Both the position numbers and the translations under genes were made by a program. Shown here in pieces: positions 10,143 to 20,537 of a stretch of DNA of 64,000 nt. Position 1 is the first letter of the stretch; the number at the start of each line of letters is the position of its first letter. The notes under the pieces are model-generated. The model saw only the letters and a list, made by a program, of their open reading frames with translations. It did no database searches and was not told where the DNA came from. This DNA is from Candidatus Helarchaeota archaeon (lineage in GTDB: Archaea > Asgardarchaeota > Lokiarchaeia > Helarchaeales > RDOG01), in the NCBI GenBank assembly GCA_019058315.1, contig JAHPZH010000004.1, positions 128,001-192,000 of the forward strand, given 5' to 3'.

Positions 10143-11467
10143 AAATTACATTGAGTTTTTTCTATTATTTTATCTCCGAATTCTTTAGCTAATATTTTAA
10201 GTGCACAATATTTTCCGCACATTGTACAAGCTTTTATTTTATCTGTTTGATTAGTTTTATTTCGGTTATAGTATTTAATTGCTTTTTCAGGATCAATTGC
10301 AAGTTGAAATTGTGCATCCCAGTTTAATTGCGCTCTAGCTTCAGACATTTTTTTATCCCAATCTATTTCAGTTTTTCTTCTTGCAAGATCTGCAGCATGG
10401 GCAGCAATTTTCGAAGCAATTACACCTTCAATTACATCTTTTTCTTCTGTAGGTAAACCTAAGTGCTCCGAGGGTGTAACATAACATAAATAATCAGCGC
10501 CCGCCATGCCAGCCAAAGCTCCTCCAATAGCGGCTACAATATGATCATATCCTGGTGCAATATCAGTAACCAGAGGTCCGAGTACATAGAAGGGGGCCCC
10601 ATCACATAAGGATTTTTCAATTTTTACATTTGCTTGAACTTCATGAATTGGAACGTGTCCAGGTCCTTCAACCATTACTTGAACATTTGCTTTTCGTGCT
10701 CTTTTTACTAGATCCGAAATTATTAATAATTCTTGAAGTTGAGCCCAATCGGTTGAATCTAGAACAGTACCAGGTCTTAATCCATCCCCTAAACTTATAG
10801 AAAAATCATATTCTTTTGCCAAATCTAGGAGATAATCATAATTTGTAAATAATGGATTTTCCTTGTCATTATGTAAAATCCAAGCACCAAGAAAAGTACC
10901 ACCACGGCTGACCATAGACATTAAACGTGGATGTTCTTTTAAATGTATCATGATGTTTTTAATCACTCCGCAATGGAGTGTCATGAAATCTACTCCATCC
11001 TTAGCGTTTTTTTCGATGACATTAAGCATTAAATCGGGAGACATATCTACAATCGCTTTATTATTCGTCACATTTTCTATTGCAGCTTGATAAATTGGGA
11101 CAGTCCCTAATGGAACTCCAATGGCTTCCATTATTTTTTTACGAATATGATCTAAATCTCCACCTGTACTAAGGTCCATTATGGTGTCAGCTCCATATTT
11201 TTCAGCGATTTTTGCTTTTCTAATTTCTAAATCTAAGTCTATAACATCTGCTGAAGTTCCTATATTCGCATTTATTTTAATTCTTAAACCTTCACCTATT
11301 CCAATAGGGTTAAAATCACGCTTTATATTTCTCGGAATAATTATTCTGCCATTAGCAATACCTTTCATTATTACTTCTGGCTCTAGATTTTCCTCCTTTG
11401 CGACAAACTTCATTTCTTCAGTTAATTTATGTTGTTTTGCTTCTGACATTAATGTCAAGACATTCAC
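10139..11467 (-). CDS. thiC: Phosphomethylpyrimidine synthase
   Basis: KINANIGTS, MDLSTGG, SRGG, GDGLRPG, EGPGH, C-terminal CTMCGKYC. Confidence 0.96.
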   Translation of the reverse strand: MNVLTLMSEAKQHKLTEEMKFVAKEENLEPEVIMKGIANGRIIIPRNIKRDFNPIGIGEGLRIKINANIGTSADVIDLDLEIRKAKIAEKYGADTIMDLSTGGDLDHIRKKIMEAIGVPLGTVPIYQAAIENVTNNKAIVDMSPDLMLNVIEKNAKDGVDFMTLHCGVIKNIMIHLKEHPRLMSMVSRGGTFLGAWILHNDKENPLFTNYDYLLDLAKEYDFSISLGDGLRPGTVLDSTDWAQLQELLIISDLVKRARKANVQVMVEGPGHVPIHEVQANVKIEKSLCDGAPFYVLGPLVTDIAPGYDHIVAAIGGALAGMAGADYLCYVTPSEHLGLPTEEKDVIEGVIASKIAAHAADLARRKTEIDWDKKMSEARAQLNWDAQFQLAIDPEKAIKYYNRNKTNQTDKIKACTMCGKYCALKILAKEFGDKIIEKTQCNF

Positions 11468-11690
11468 CGTGACGGAACTAATTTATTTATTATGCGGGTT
11501 TTTATTTTTTTAATTAATTATGTTGAAATTTCTTTAAAAATAATAAGTTATAAAGAATAATGTTTTTAAACATTTGATTTAAAAGGAAATCAATAATTAT
11601 TATATAATCTTATTAATATTACAAGTAAACTATGTAACAAAGATTAAAAAATTTGACTAAATTAAAAAGAAAATTGGAGTATTGATCATT

Positions 11691-11945
11691 ATGGTAGAAA
11701 GACAACCATTAAAGATTCTACAACGTTCAGTTAATAATTTAATTTTGATTAGATTAAAAGATGGTAAGGAATACCGTGGTTATTTAGTAGAAACTGATAC
11801 TTATATGAATTTAGTTCTTTCTAGTGCTGAAGAACTTGATGGAACTGGTGCTCCAATTGCCAAATTTGGTGAAGTATTCATAAGGGGTAATAATATTCTA
11901 TTTATCAAGCCCGATCTTTCAGCACTTGGAACAGATGAATATTAA
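11691..11945 (+). CDS. Sm-like archaeal protein (LSm/SmAP)
   Basis: LKDGKEYRGYL..D.YMNLVL and IRGNNILFI Sm1/Sm2 motifs; ATG 11691 preferred over TTG 11682. Confidence 0.95.
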   Translation: MVERQPLKILQRSVNNLILIRLKDGKEYRGYLVETDTYMNLVLSSAEELDGTGAPIAKFGEVFIRGNNILFIKPDLSALGTDEY

Positions 11946-11974
11946 AGGGATCTAATTAATCGCTTCATTGAACT

Positions 11975-12859
11975 TTAAATATTAAAAAATTCATTAAAAA
12001 TTTCGTTCTCATCACGATAAACATCGTATTTTCGTTGGAAGAATTTCAAGATATTACTTATATCTCTTTTAAGATAGAATTTAAAATTTGGATGGTCGGA
12101 GGGTATCCATTGGGGCCAATCTATAATCATAATTTCCAATTCTGGTGTGATTAATATATTATATTCGCTTAAATCCCCATGAATTAGCTTTGCTTTTGAA
12201 TAAGCTATAAAAATATCATCTAGAATTTCATTCAATATTTTTTCTTTCTCGGGGAGTTCTTTTAATAAAAATAATGGGGTACCTTCTATTCTTTCCATAA
12301 CGATTATGTGCCGATTATGAGCAATTGGATTAGGAACTGATAGTTTAACATCGTGTAATATATTCAATGCCTCAAACTCTTTCTTAGCAGCAAGTCTGGA
12401 CTCATATAACCATGAAATATGCCTTTTATCCTTTGAATACGGTCTCTTTCTTTTTGTTTGACGAAAACTAGTTCGTCCTAATCGATGTATCTTCACCGCA
12501 ACATTGTCACCTTCAGGATTTATCGCATCAAAAACATCAGATTCTTTCCCTACACCAATTGCTTGACCAAATAAATCTAGCTTATCTGATTCTATTAGTG
12601 CATGTAAAGCTAAACAATCATATCCTGCAAAAGTTAAATAATATCCAACATAGGGACCGGTCCATCTTTTAATTAATTCAAGTTTATGGATATAGGAGAG
12701 GCGGAAATTTACTTCATTTATATTTAAACCAGAATAATTTGTAATTGTTTCTATTGGAACATATTCATGAACAGCCATACCTCGTTCTAAAGCACCTAAG
12801 ACTCTATAATCATTAATTATTAATTTCCTTAATCTCGCAATTAGTATTTTTATATTCAT
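11975..12859 (-). CDS. rio2: RIO2-type Ser/Thr kinase (ribosome biogenesis)
   Basis: N-terminal wHTH, GVGKESDV, KIHRLGRTSF, HGDLSEYN, IDWPQ. Confidence 0.95.
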   Translation of the reverse strand: MNIKILIARLRKLIINDYRVLGALERGMAVHEYVPIETITNYSGLNINEVNFRLSYIHKLELIKRWTGPYVGYYLTFAGYDCLALHALIESDKLDLFGQAIGVGKESDVFDAINPEGDNVAVKIHRLGRTSFRQTKRKRPYSKDKRHISWLYESRLAAKKEFEALNILHDVKLSVPNPIAHNRHIIVMERIEGTPLFLLKELPEKEKILNEILDDIFIAYSKAKLIHGDLSEYNILITPELEIMIIDWPQWIPSDHPNFKFYLKRDISNILKFFQRKYDVYRDENEIFNEFFNI

Positions 12860-13471
12860 TGAATCGAACTCTGAATGTCAACATATTTCCTAAAAATTAC
12901 TGATTTATTACTATTTGTAAAAATTTTTAGTTAAAATATTGGATGTCCCAATAATCTTTCCCTCTTTTGCCTCTATTAAGGCAGAATTTCAGTGTAATAA
13001 ACGCAAAAATTCTTTTAATAAAAAAAGATAAAATAAATATATATAATTATGTATTTGATAAAACCTTTCTATTTATAAATTACTTAAAATATATTTTTGC
13101 TATAAACGAGTCTAAAAATATTTTTTACCCGCGTATAAGTAACTTTTATAAAATTATCGAGGTTATATAGGTTTTTAAATTACTTAAAAATGATTTTAAA
13201 TTTCAAAATATTTATATGTCGAATTGATAAGTTATTTAATATTAAGATCTACTAAGAGGGAGGTCAAAGACCTAGTGAAGGACCGAAAGAAAATGGCAAA
13301 TGGAAAAAGAGCACTAAATAAATCTATAATAACCTCCCAAACAATACCTCAAAAAAATATTAAAACCCTCGTTTATAAAAATAACTTAATTTTACCTAAA
13401 AAAATAGAATACTTTATTAATAATGAAATAATTTTAAATATTAACACTCTCCTCAACGGAAGGTTCTAATC

Positions 13472-13756
13472 TTGAAATCTCCAGAAATAGAAATTACTAA
13501 TGGTGAAGTTACGAAAATTTTCAAAGCTCTTGCCTCTGCAACGAGGTGGAAGATTTTAAAACTCTTAACCAATGGCAATAATTTAGATGTTTCAAGGATA
13601 GCTGAAAGTTTGAAGCAAACTGAAGCCAATATTTCGGCACAAATAAAAATCCTTGAAAAAGCAGGTTTGGTGATAAGTCACTATGAACCAGGAGAGCATG
13701 GAGTTAGAAAAGTTTGTGAACCTGCTTGCGAAAAACTAATAATCAAGATATTATAG
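13472..13756 (+). CDS. ArsR/SmtB-family winged-helix transcription regulator
   Basis: FKALASATRWKIL..IAESL..ISAQIKILEKAGLV. Confidence 0.88.
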   Translation: MKSPEIEITNGEVTKIFKALASATRWKILKLLTNGNNLDVSRIAESLKQTEANISAQIKILEKAGLVISHYEPGEHGVRKVCEPACEKLIIKIL

Positions 13757-13808
13757 TACTCTTTCAAACTTCCTTCCTTTTTTCTTTTATTTATTTAAAT
13801 TGAAATGC

Positions 13809-15320
13809 TTAATCTAAGTTTTTTATCTGTTCAAAATCCTTTGCACTCTCTTCTAAATCTAAAAATTTTGTCTTTGGATTTGATTTTTTTGGTCTGATTT
13901 TAACAAAAATTGGGAAATTGACAACATTTCCAACAATCAATGCCTCTCCTATGGGAAGTGTGGATATCATTTTCAGGGATTCTTTTGTAATTTGCTCTGA
14001 ACTTTCTCGTATATGGTCTAAATCATATGGATTTGTAATTCTTAAAATTATATTTGTTCCACATTGACTTAATACTGTAGTTGAGAGCTTTACAGGTCTT
14101 TGACTTATTACACAAAGTGAACTGCCAAATTTTCTACCTTCTCTGGCGTATAATTCAATTATTGAACGAGAAATTGCTAATTCACGCTTTCTTCCTTCGG
14201 GAACAAATTGATGTGCTTCTTCTAATACTAAAACAAATGGTGGAATTAACTTTTCTTTACGCAACCAAAAATATCGAGTTGCAATATAATCAACTATCAT
14301 TTGTTTTTTCTTTAGACCGGTTGTAGGTGAAAGATCAAATATTAATGCTTCTCCAGGTTTTATCGAATTTAGTAGATTTGGATTTTCAGATTCCCCAAAA
14401 AGACCAGATTTTTTTAATTTATAAAGCCACCCTTTAAGAGCTTCTTTTGTTTGTGTCTTAATATTTTCATTAGAATCGATACATTCCATGATATCCGAAA
14501 TATTATATTGTTTTTTCTCTTTTTTCAATTGACTAATTATCGGTCCTAATTCTCGAAGCTGTACGGATGAAATTTCTGGTAAATATTTTGTAAAATCCAT
14601 TTCTCCTAATAAAGAGGTTTGAAACGAGATATATGGACTCGATACTACTTTAATCTTATCCGAAAAATCCTTAAATTCACCATTAACTGGTTTTTCGGAT
14701 AATACTGTATATTCTCCATGGACATCTATAATTATAACTCCAACACGACCATCTTCGATTTTTCTTGATAATAATTCTTCCAAAATTACTGATGTAGTAT
14801 AAGATTTTCCAGCACCACTCATAGCTAATAGTGCTAGGTGTTTTTGAAACATTCGAGTAAGATTAAAATGTGCTGGAAGATTGTGAAAATTCATTTTTCC
14901 TAAATTAAGTCCTCTTTCTTGATCCAAACCCAGAAATTTTTCTAATAACATATTTTCTGCAATGAAAACTTTCATACCAGGTGAAGGTGGGAAAGAAATC
15001 CGCTTTAATCGATTATCATTAAAAATTCCTAAGCATTTTACATTTGCGATCATATATTCCCATCTATCTATTGGAAATATTGAGTCAAGCGAATGACCTC
15101 CTCTTTCATATTCTCTCACGCTTTCGGCACGATTAAAATATCTATTTGTCTTTATTATCTCTAAGACCATTCCTAATATATTTCCTTCTTCGGACTCAAT
15201 TTGAACAAATTGTCCTGTATGAATTGGGGAGGTTTTTCCATTATCTTTTACTACAAAACTAAATTTATCTGAACTAGGTCCATTAAAAGTAGTAATTATG
15301 GTTCCAATTTCTTCATTCAT
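13809..15320 (-). CDS. herA: HerA helicase/translocase
   Basis: N-terminal HAS barrel, SGAGKS Walker A, DVHGEY, EEAHQF, REGRKFG, SQRP; immediately downstream of nurA. Confidence 0.94.
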   Translation of the reverse strand: MNEEIGTIITTFNGPSSDKFSFVVKDNGKTSPIHTGQFVQIESEEGNILGMVLEIIKTNRYFNRAESVREYERGGHSLDSIFPIDRWEYMIANVKCLGIFNDNRLKRISFPPSPGMKVFIAENMLLEKFLGLDQERGLNLGKMNFHNLPAHFNLTRMFQKHLALLAMSGAGKSYTTSVILEELLSRKIEDGRVGVIIIDVHGEYTVLSEKPVNGEFKDFSDKIKVVSSPYISFQTSLLGEMDFTKYLPEISSVQLRELGPIISQLKKEKKQYNISDIMECIDSNENIKTQTKEALKGWLYKLKKSGLFGESENPNLLNSIKPGEALIFDLSPTTGLKKKQMIVDYIATRYFWLRKEKLIPPFVLVLEEAHQFVPEGRKRELAISRSIIELYAREGRKFGSSLCVISQRPVKLSTTVLSQCGTNIILRITNPYDLDHIRESSEQITKESLKMISTLPIGEALIVGNVVNFPIFVKIRPKKSNPKTKFLDLEESAKDFEQIKNLD

Positions 15321-15328
15321 AAAAACAC

Positions 15329-16474
15329 CTAACGGAAAGGTCTTCTATTTCTCCTTAATTTTAAATAACTTAATCCTATATTCTGTTCTAGAATGTTATA
15401 TAAAATATCCATATCTGTTTCCATCAATTTTGCTCTAGCATCTGCTTCGATTAAGATTGATGGAACTGCAAATTCCACATGATGGCATGCAAGTGGTAAA
15501 AGGGCTGCTGAAATCTTATTAGCTGTCGATATCGGACTTGAGTTTAATGTTAAAAATTCAATTCTCATAGGAAAATCGAATGGAACTGATTTTAAATAAA
15601 AAATTTTAAATTTTTCCACCATTTTTTTATCAAAATCTTTAAGAATATTGTGATTTTCGGGAGCATCCGAATAGCTCATAATGCAAGTTCTTTCATTTAC
15701 CTCTAAAATCCGATATAATAATTCACAATCATAAATCTGAGTTATCATGCCACGATAGTCTAAATCTAAAATTAAATTTAGACGAGGATAATAATCAATT
15801 AATTTTGGTATAATTCTTCCTAAAAGGGAGGCAAATCTGCGCGATCGGGAATCTTTTATACATCCAGCTAGTAAAATATTCTTCTCAATGCAATTTTCGA
15901 ATAGTTTTTGATATTTTTCTATGATCTTTTGATATTCAATAAATATCTTTGACGATGAATGGGGCTTATCGCTTGGTAATGGCAGTATGGAACCGTCTAA
16001 AACAATCAAATTTGGTCTTTTTGATTTATTAGTCATTGATATTGCCAAATCTAGTTCTTTTTTTAACCGTTCTAATGAAATAAATATCTCACTTTCATTT
16101 TGATTCAATGGTGTAATATTTGGAATTAAATTAGGAGTTGGTGATTTTTCTGGAAAATATGTTACATAGGGTTTATCTTTATGAAATTCAAAAATACATG
16201 CGACAGCTCGTGTTGCAATTAAATCAAAATTATAAAAATTCTTGGCAATTATTCCTCCATCGATACCTACTACAGATAACCCCGAAAGATTAGTGGGTAA
16301 CACCTTATATACTAATTTATCTTCAGAAATATCCTTCGAAATTAAGGAAGATATTAATTTAAAGTCGAATTCATACTTTAAATCAGAAAATATACTAGCA
16401 AATTTATCCTTCTCTGACTCAATTTTATGAATTTTTTGAGCAATGGATTGGATATTTTGAATTATCTCACTCAA
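15329..16474 (-). CDS. nurA: NurA nuclease
   Basis: GIDGG, LDGS, C-terminal P..LIEAD.RA; 8 bp from herA. Confidence 0.9.
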   Translation of the reverse strand: MSEIIQNIQSIAQKIHKIESEKDKFASIFSDLKYEFDFKLISSLISKDISEDKLVYKVLPTNLSGLSVVGIDGGIIAKNFYNFDLIATRAVACIFEFHKDKPYVTYFPEKSPTPNLIPNITPLNQNESEIFISLERLKKELDLAISMTNKSKRPNLIVLDGSILPLPSDKPHSSSKIFIEYQKIIEKYQKLFENCIEKNILLAGCIKDSRSRRFASLLGRIIPKLIDYYPRLNLILDLDYRGMITQIYDCELLYRILEVNERTCIMSYSDAPENHNILKDFDKKMVEKFKIFYLKSVPFDFPMRIEFLTLNSSPISTANKISAALLPLACHHVEFAVPSILIEADARAKLMETDMDILYNILEQNIGLSYLKLRRNRRPFR

Positions 16475-16667
16475 TATTTGACCTCATATTATAATCATGC
16501 AAATCTCAATAATGACTAGTTGAAAAAAAGATATTAAACCCCCCTAATTTAAAGAAAGAGAGGGCGAGATAAGTGAAAAAAGTAAAAATATGAATTAAGT
16601 GCTAATATTTTTGTCAAATATTAGTTTATTATCCAAAAATGAGTTAAAAATAAGATTTTTTAGATAT

Positions 16668-18308
16668 TTATGAAATACAATTTTTAATAAATGAAACATA
16701 TAAGGGGCTCGGTAATTCAGGTCTAGATTTATATTCAGGATGAAATTGAACTCCAACTATCCATTTTTTATTTTCGATTTCTATGGCATTTATTATTTTA
16801 CCTGTTTCGTCATTAGCAGAAATTACTAAACCTTTTTCATCTGCACTTTTTGTATATTCAGGCATAATATGGAATCTATGACGAAATCGTTCCTTAATTT
16901 CTTTCTGTCCATTATAAGCTTTAGATAAGAGGGTATTCTCTTTTAATATTATTTTATGTGCTCCTAATCTCATAGTTCCACCCTTCTCCATTATATCTCG
17001 CTGCTCTGGGAGAAGATCTACTACTGGATTACATGTTTCGGGAATTATTTCTGTAGAATTAGCATCATCTAATCCGAGGTAATCCCTACAAAAAGCACAG
17101 AATAGGAGTTGCGCGCCAAAACATATGCCTAGATACGGAATATTTTCTTTTATCGCATATCTTGCAGATAATATCATACCCTCAACACCCCTTTTCCCAA
17201 ATCCTGGAGTCATTAATATTCCATCAAAATTCTTTAATTTTTCAACTAATTGAGGGTTTTTTTCAAATTCTTCAGTATCAAGCCAAGTAATCTGGACCTT
17301 ATTACCAAGACTTGCTGCAGCATGTTTTAATGCTTCATTGATACTTACATAGCTATCTGAAATATCTATGTATTTTCCTGGCATTGCAATATTTATGATT
17401 TTAGTCGGTTTTTTAAAATTGGCAACCATTTCCTCCCATTTGCTTAATTCTGGCTTCGGAGCGACCATTGAAAGTAAATTATTAGAAAGGTAATTACCTA
17501 AATCTTGATCTTCAAAAATTATAGGTAGCTCATAAATAGTTTCTAGTTCCGGGTTTGAAATAACTGCATTTTCTGGTACATTACAATATGATGAAATCTT
17601 TTTCTTAACTGAATCTGGTAAAAACATTTTGGCTCGACCAACTACTATATCCGGTTGTAAACCAAGCCCTTGAAGAACACGCACGCTATGTTGAGTAGGT
17701 TTTGTTTTTAATTCACCAACACTTTCGGAATATGGAATTAATGTTACATGAACTAGAGCGGTATCATTTTTTGGTTCCTCAATACGAAATTGCCGTATTG
17801 CTTCCAAAAAAGGCATTGCTTCTATATCTCCTACCGTACCTCCAATCTCTGTTATTAAAATGTCACAACCCTCCTTGGCAATATTTCGGATACGATCTTT
17901 AATTTCATCTGTGATATGTGGAATAATTTGGATTGTCTTCCCTAAAAATGAACCATATCGCTCTTTGAGAATAACAGAAAGATAAATTTGTCCACTTGTA
18001 ATATTTGCTGATGGGTGTAAATTTTTTCTTAGAAAACGCTCATAAGTACCAAAATCTTGATCAATTTCACTAATTCTATAGCTCGGTCCTCCTTCTACGG
18101 GTTGGAAATCCCAAACATCTTCCGTAACGAAAACTTCACCATGTTCTACTGGATTTAAAGTTCCTGGATCAACATTTAAATAAGGATCTATTTTTATAAT
18201 TGAAACATCATAATTCCTAAACTGGAATAATTTACCTATACTCGCAGACGTAACTCCTTTTCCAATACCACTCATGACTCCTCCAGTTACAAAAATATAT
18301 TTCGTCAT
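16668..18308 (-). CDS. pyrG: CTP synthase
   Basis: MTKYIFVTGGVMSGIGKG (ATG 18308), KTKPTQHSV, GICFG, FHPE. Confidence 0.97.
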   Translation of the reverse strand: MTKYIFVTGGVMSGIGKGVTSASIGKLFQFRNYDVSIIKIDPYLNVDPGTLNPVEHGEVFVTEDVWDFQPVEGGPSYRISEIDQDFGTYERFLRKNLHPSANITSGQIYLSVILKERYGSFLGKTIQIIPHITDEIKDRIRNIAKEGCDILITEIGGTVGDIEAMPFLEAIRQFRIEEPKNDTALVHVTLIPYSESVGELKTKPTQHSVRVLQGLGLQPDIVVGRAKMFLPDSVKKKISSYCNVPENAVISNPELETIYELPIIFEDQDLGNYLSNNLLSMVAPKPELSKWEEMVANFKKPTKIINIAMPGKYIDISDSYVSINEALKHAAASLGNKVQITWLDTEEFEKNPQLVEKLKNFDGILMTPGFGKRGVEGMILSARYAIKENIPYLGICFGAQLLFCAFCRDYLGLDDANSTEIIPETCNPVVDLLPEQRDIMEKGGTMRLGAHKIILKENTLLSKAYNGQKEIKERFRHRFHIMPEYTKSADEKGLVISANDETGKIINAIEIENKKWIVGVQFHPEYKSRPELPSPLYVSFIKNCIS

Positions 18309-18607
18309 TTCAAAATGCCCGTTTTTTTTTAAATGCATTTCTACATTTCTAAAATTTTCATTAACAAGAAAAAGAATTCATATTCTCCATTTAATAATTA
18401 ATATAAATAATAATATATTACGAGTCTTTTCAATACTTAAATTTAGTTGAAAATTTTGTTACTATATTTTTAATATTACATAATTGAATAATAAAAATCC
18501 TCATGAAAACTTAAATAGTTTAAATTTCTAAAAATATTCAGTAATAATTGTTTTTTTCGCAATTTTAATATTAGTTTTTTAAGAATATCACAATTTTAGG
18601 TGAATGA

Positions 18608-18802
18608 TTGAATTACGAAGATTGTATGAATTGCATAAGTTTCCAAAAACAAAAAAGATGTAATGAGATTATTTTACAAAACTGGTGCCAGAGAATAAAG
18701 AGACCTATTAGTCTAATTCCAATTTGTTATGTAAACAATTTAAAAAAATCAAATGTAAATACAATTCCATTTATACCTACACAATTTCAAAGTGATAAAT
18801 AA
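18608..18802 (+). CDS. Small Cys-rich hypothetical protein
   Basis: AGGTGA SD just upstream of TTG; CMNC-x8-C-x8-C-x12-C pattern. Confidence 0.45.
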   Translation: MNYEDCMNCISFQKQKRCNEIILQNWCQRIKRPISLIPICYVNNLKKSNVNTIPFIPTQFQSDK

Positions 18803-18844
18803 AAAATTAATAAAAATCAGAGATCTTGTCATTTTCTTTTGTAA

Positions 18845-20524
18845 TTATTCTAAGTCATTTAATTTCTTTATACCAAAACGTAACATGCTAATTGAAAGAA
18901 TTAGAAGGACACATGGGATTATTATCAATGAATATATTCCTAAAATGTTTAAAATTTCAATGATAAAATAAAATATCCCGAAAAATATGCCTATAAAGAT
19001 TAAAATATTTGTTGTCATCTTTGGAGATCTTTCACTAAAAGCTGGTCGCCAACATTGAATTCCAACTGAAATCACCAAAGCTGAAAATACCCAGATGTTT
19101 GTATTTATGAAAAAAATTAATGTGTATAATAAACTATATTCAGAAAAAAGGGAAACTACTATTACCACAGGGAATGTAATGAGAAATAACATAAAATAGT
19201 TAACTTGAACGAATGAATTAACTAAAGCGGAAACTCCTCGAGGGGACTTTTTAAAAATCCAAACCATATCCTTAGATCTAACCAGAATCATACTTCCTAA
19301 CATTGGACCAATCATCATTGCGAACATTAAACCTGTGAGTATCATTGGATATTCTTGTGACATTACATCTCCTGATAAAATTTGAATAAAATCTGTATTT
19401 TGTCTTGAGAAAATTATTGATGAAATGGGAATTAACATTGCAAGAATCATCCCATATAACATTCTAACAAGATTTTCTCTTCTTCTAAAAAATTCTTTTG
19501 CTTGCGTTATAAAAACTGGTCCAAATAAAATTCTTAAAAATTGATAAATTCGATGTTCTTTGGTAATGCTTATAGTTTCTGTTTTTGCTCCTAACTCTAA
19601 ACTATAAAATCTATCACCATAATGATATCCAAGATAAAAAATACTTAATGTAAAGATAGAAGCTAGACCAATAAATGAAAATAGGAGTTCTATTGGTATG
19701 AAATTTGGCATAATAGAGAAATTAATTATATCCCCAAACCAAGTTGTTGGAATGAATTTCAAAATGAATTGAATATTGGGATCAAAAAATGCATATGGGA
19801 ACATTGAAAAGCCAAGAATTGGGATAGCTAAAATAATTCCGATTAAAAAGAAAAAACCTTTGGCTTTTTCAGCTCCTCCTTCAGATTGCCCTAATTTTAA
19901 GGAGACATATGAAGCTGTAATTGTCCCAAGGAAAGTTCCTATGATAAACAACCATAGTAGTATTATAGTAAGTGTGAAATAGGACATAAGTGAAAGTGGA
20001 ATAAAAATAGATATTATCGACCAAAAAATAGGAACAAATATGGATGCAGCGATTGAATAAATTGGAACTCGTCCTAAAAAATTACCCAATAACATATCTT
20101 TGGCTTCGATCGGCGAACTTAAGACTATTTCAAAATGACTAACATTAAGTTGTCGGATTGATGTTTGAATTGGATGGGTTATTGCCATAAAAAAAACGAA
20201 AAAACATAAAATCTCTATAAATGGTGGAATAAGTTGAATTGCCAAGGTTGAAAAAACATTAGTATTTAGAAATATTATTTGAAGTTGTTGAGTTTGTGCT
20301 GATGAAATAGCTAATTTAGGGATAATAATAAATGAAACAATAAGTTTTTCGTATAAATTGGATTTATACATGGGAATTATATAAAAAAAATTCAATAAAA
20401 TCAAAGATATATTTATAAAAATAGTAATTATTATAATTGAGTAAAAAAATAATCGTCTATTCTTTCTAAATAACGTTGTCCATAAGCGAATCTCGTTCTT
20501 AGCTATAGTACGCCAACCCGACAA
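18845..20524 (-). CDS. ABC-2-type exporter permease (double-length)
   Basis: About 12 hydrophobic segments, IAKNEIR and LSSPI..DMLLG motifs; follows an ABC ATPase. Confidence 0.82.
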   Translation of the reverse strand: MSGWRTIAKNEIRLWTTLFRKNRRLFFYSIIIITIFINISLILLNFFYIIPMYKSNLYEKLIVSFIIIPKLAISSAQTQQLQIIFLNTNVFSTLAIQLIPPFIEILCFFVFFMAITHPIQTSIRQLNVSHFEIVLSSPIEAKDMLLGNFLGRVPIYSIAASIFVPIFWSIISIFIPLSLMSYFTLTIILLWLFIIGTFLGTITASYVSLKLGQSEGGAEKAKGFFFLIGIILAIPILGFSMFPYAFFDPNIQFILKFIPTTWFGDIINFSIMPNFIPIELLFSFIGLASIFTLSIFYLGYHYGDRFYSLELGAKTETISITKEHRIYQFLRILFGPVFITQAKEFFRRRENLVRMLYGMILAMLIPISSIIFSRQNTDFIQILSGDVMSQEYPMILTGLMFAMMIGPMLGSMILVRSKDMVWIFKKSPRGVSALVNSFVQVNYFMLFLITFPVVIVVSLFSEYSLLYTLIFFINTNIWVFSALVISVGIQCWRPAFSERSPKMTTNILIFIGIFFGIFYFIIEILNILGIYSLIIIPCVLLILSISMLRFGIKKLNDLE

Positions 20525-20537
20525 GTCTAAGTCCTCT

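Noticed and set aside
11468-11681. TPP riboswitch upstream of thiC
   Set aside because: Region is almost pure A/T; no CUGAGA core or GC stems seen on the minus strand
12967-13170. 67-aa ORF
   Set aside because: TTG start, AT-driven I/K/N/F composition, no SD or motif
13250-13295. Hammerhead ribozyme or C/D-box RNA
   Set aside because: Has GAAA and a small hairpin but lacks the CUGAnGA core and proper C/D boxes; kept only as a possible leader
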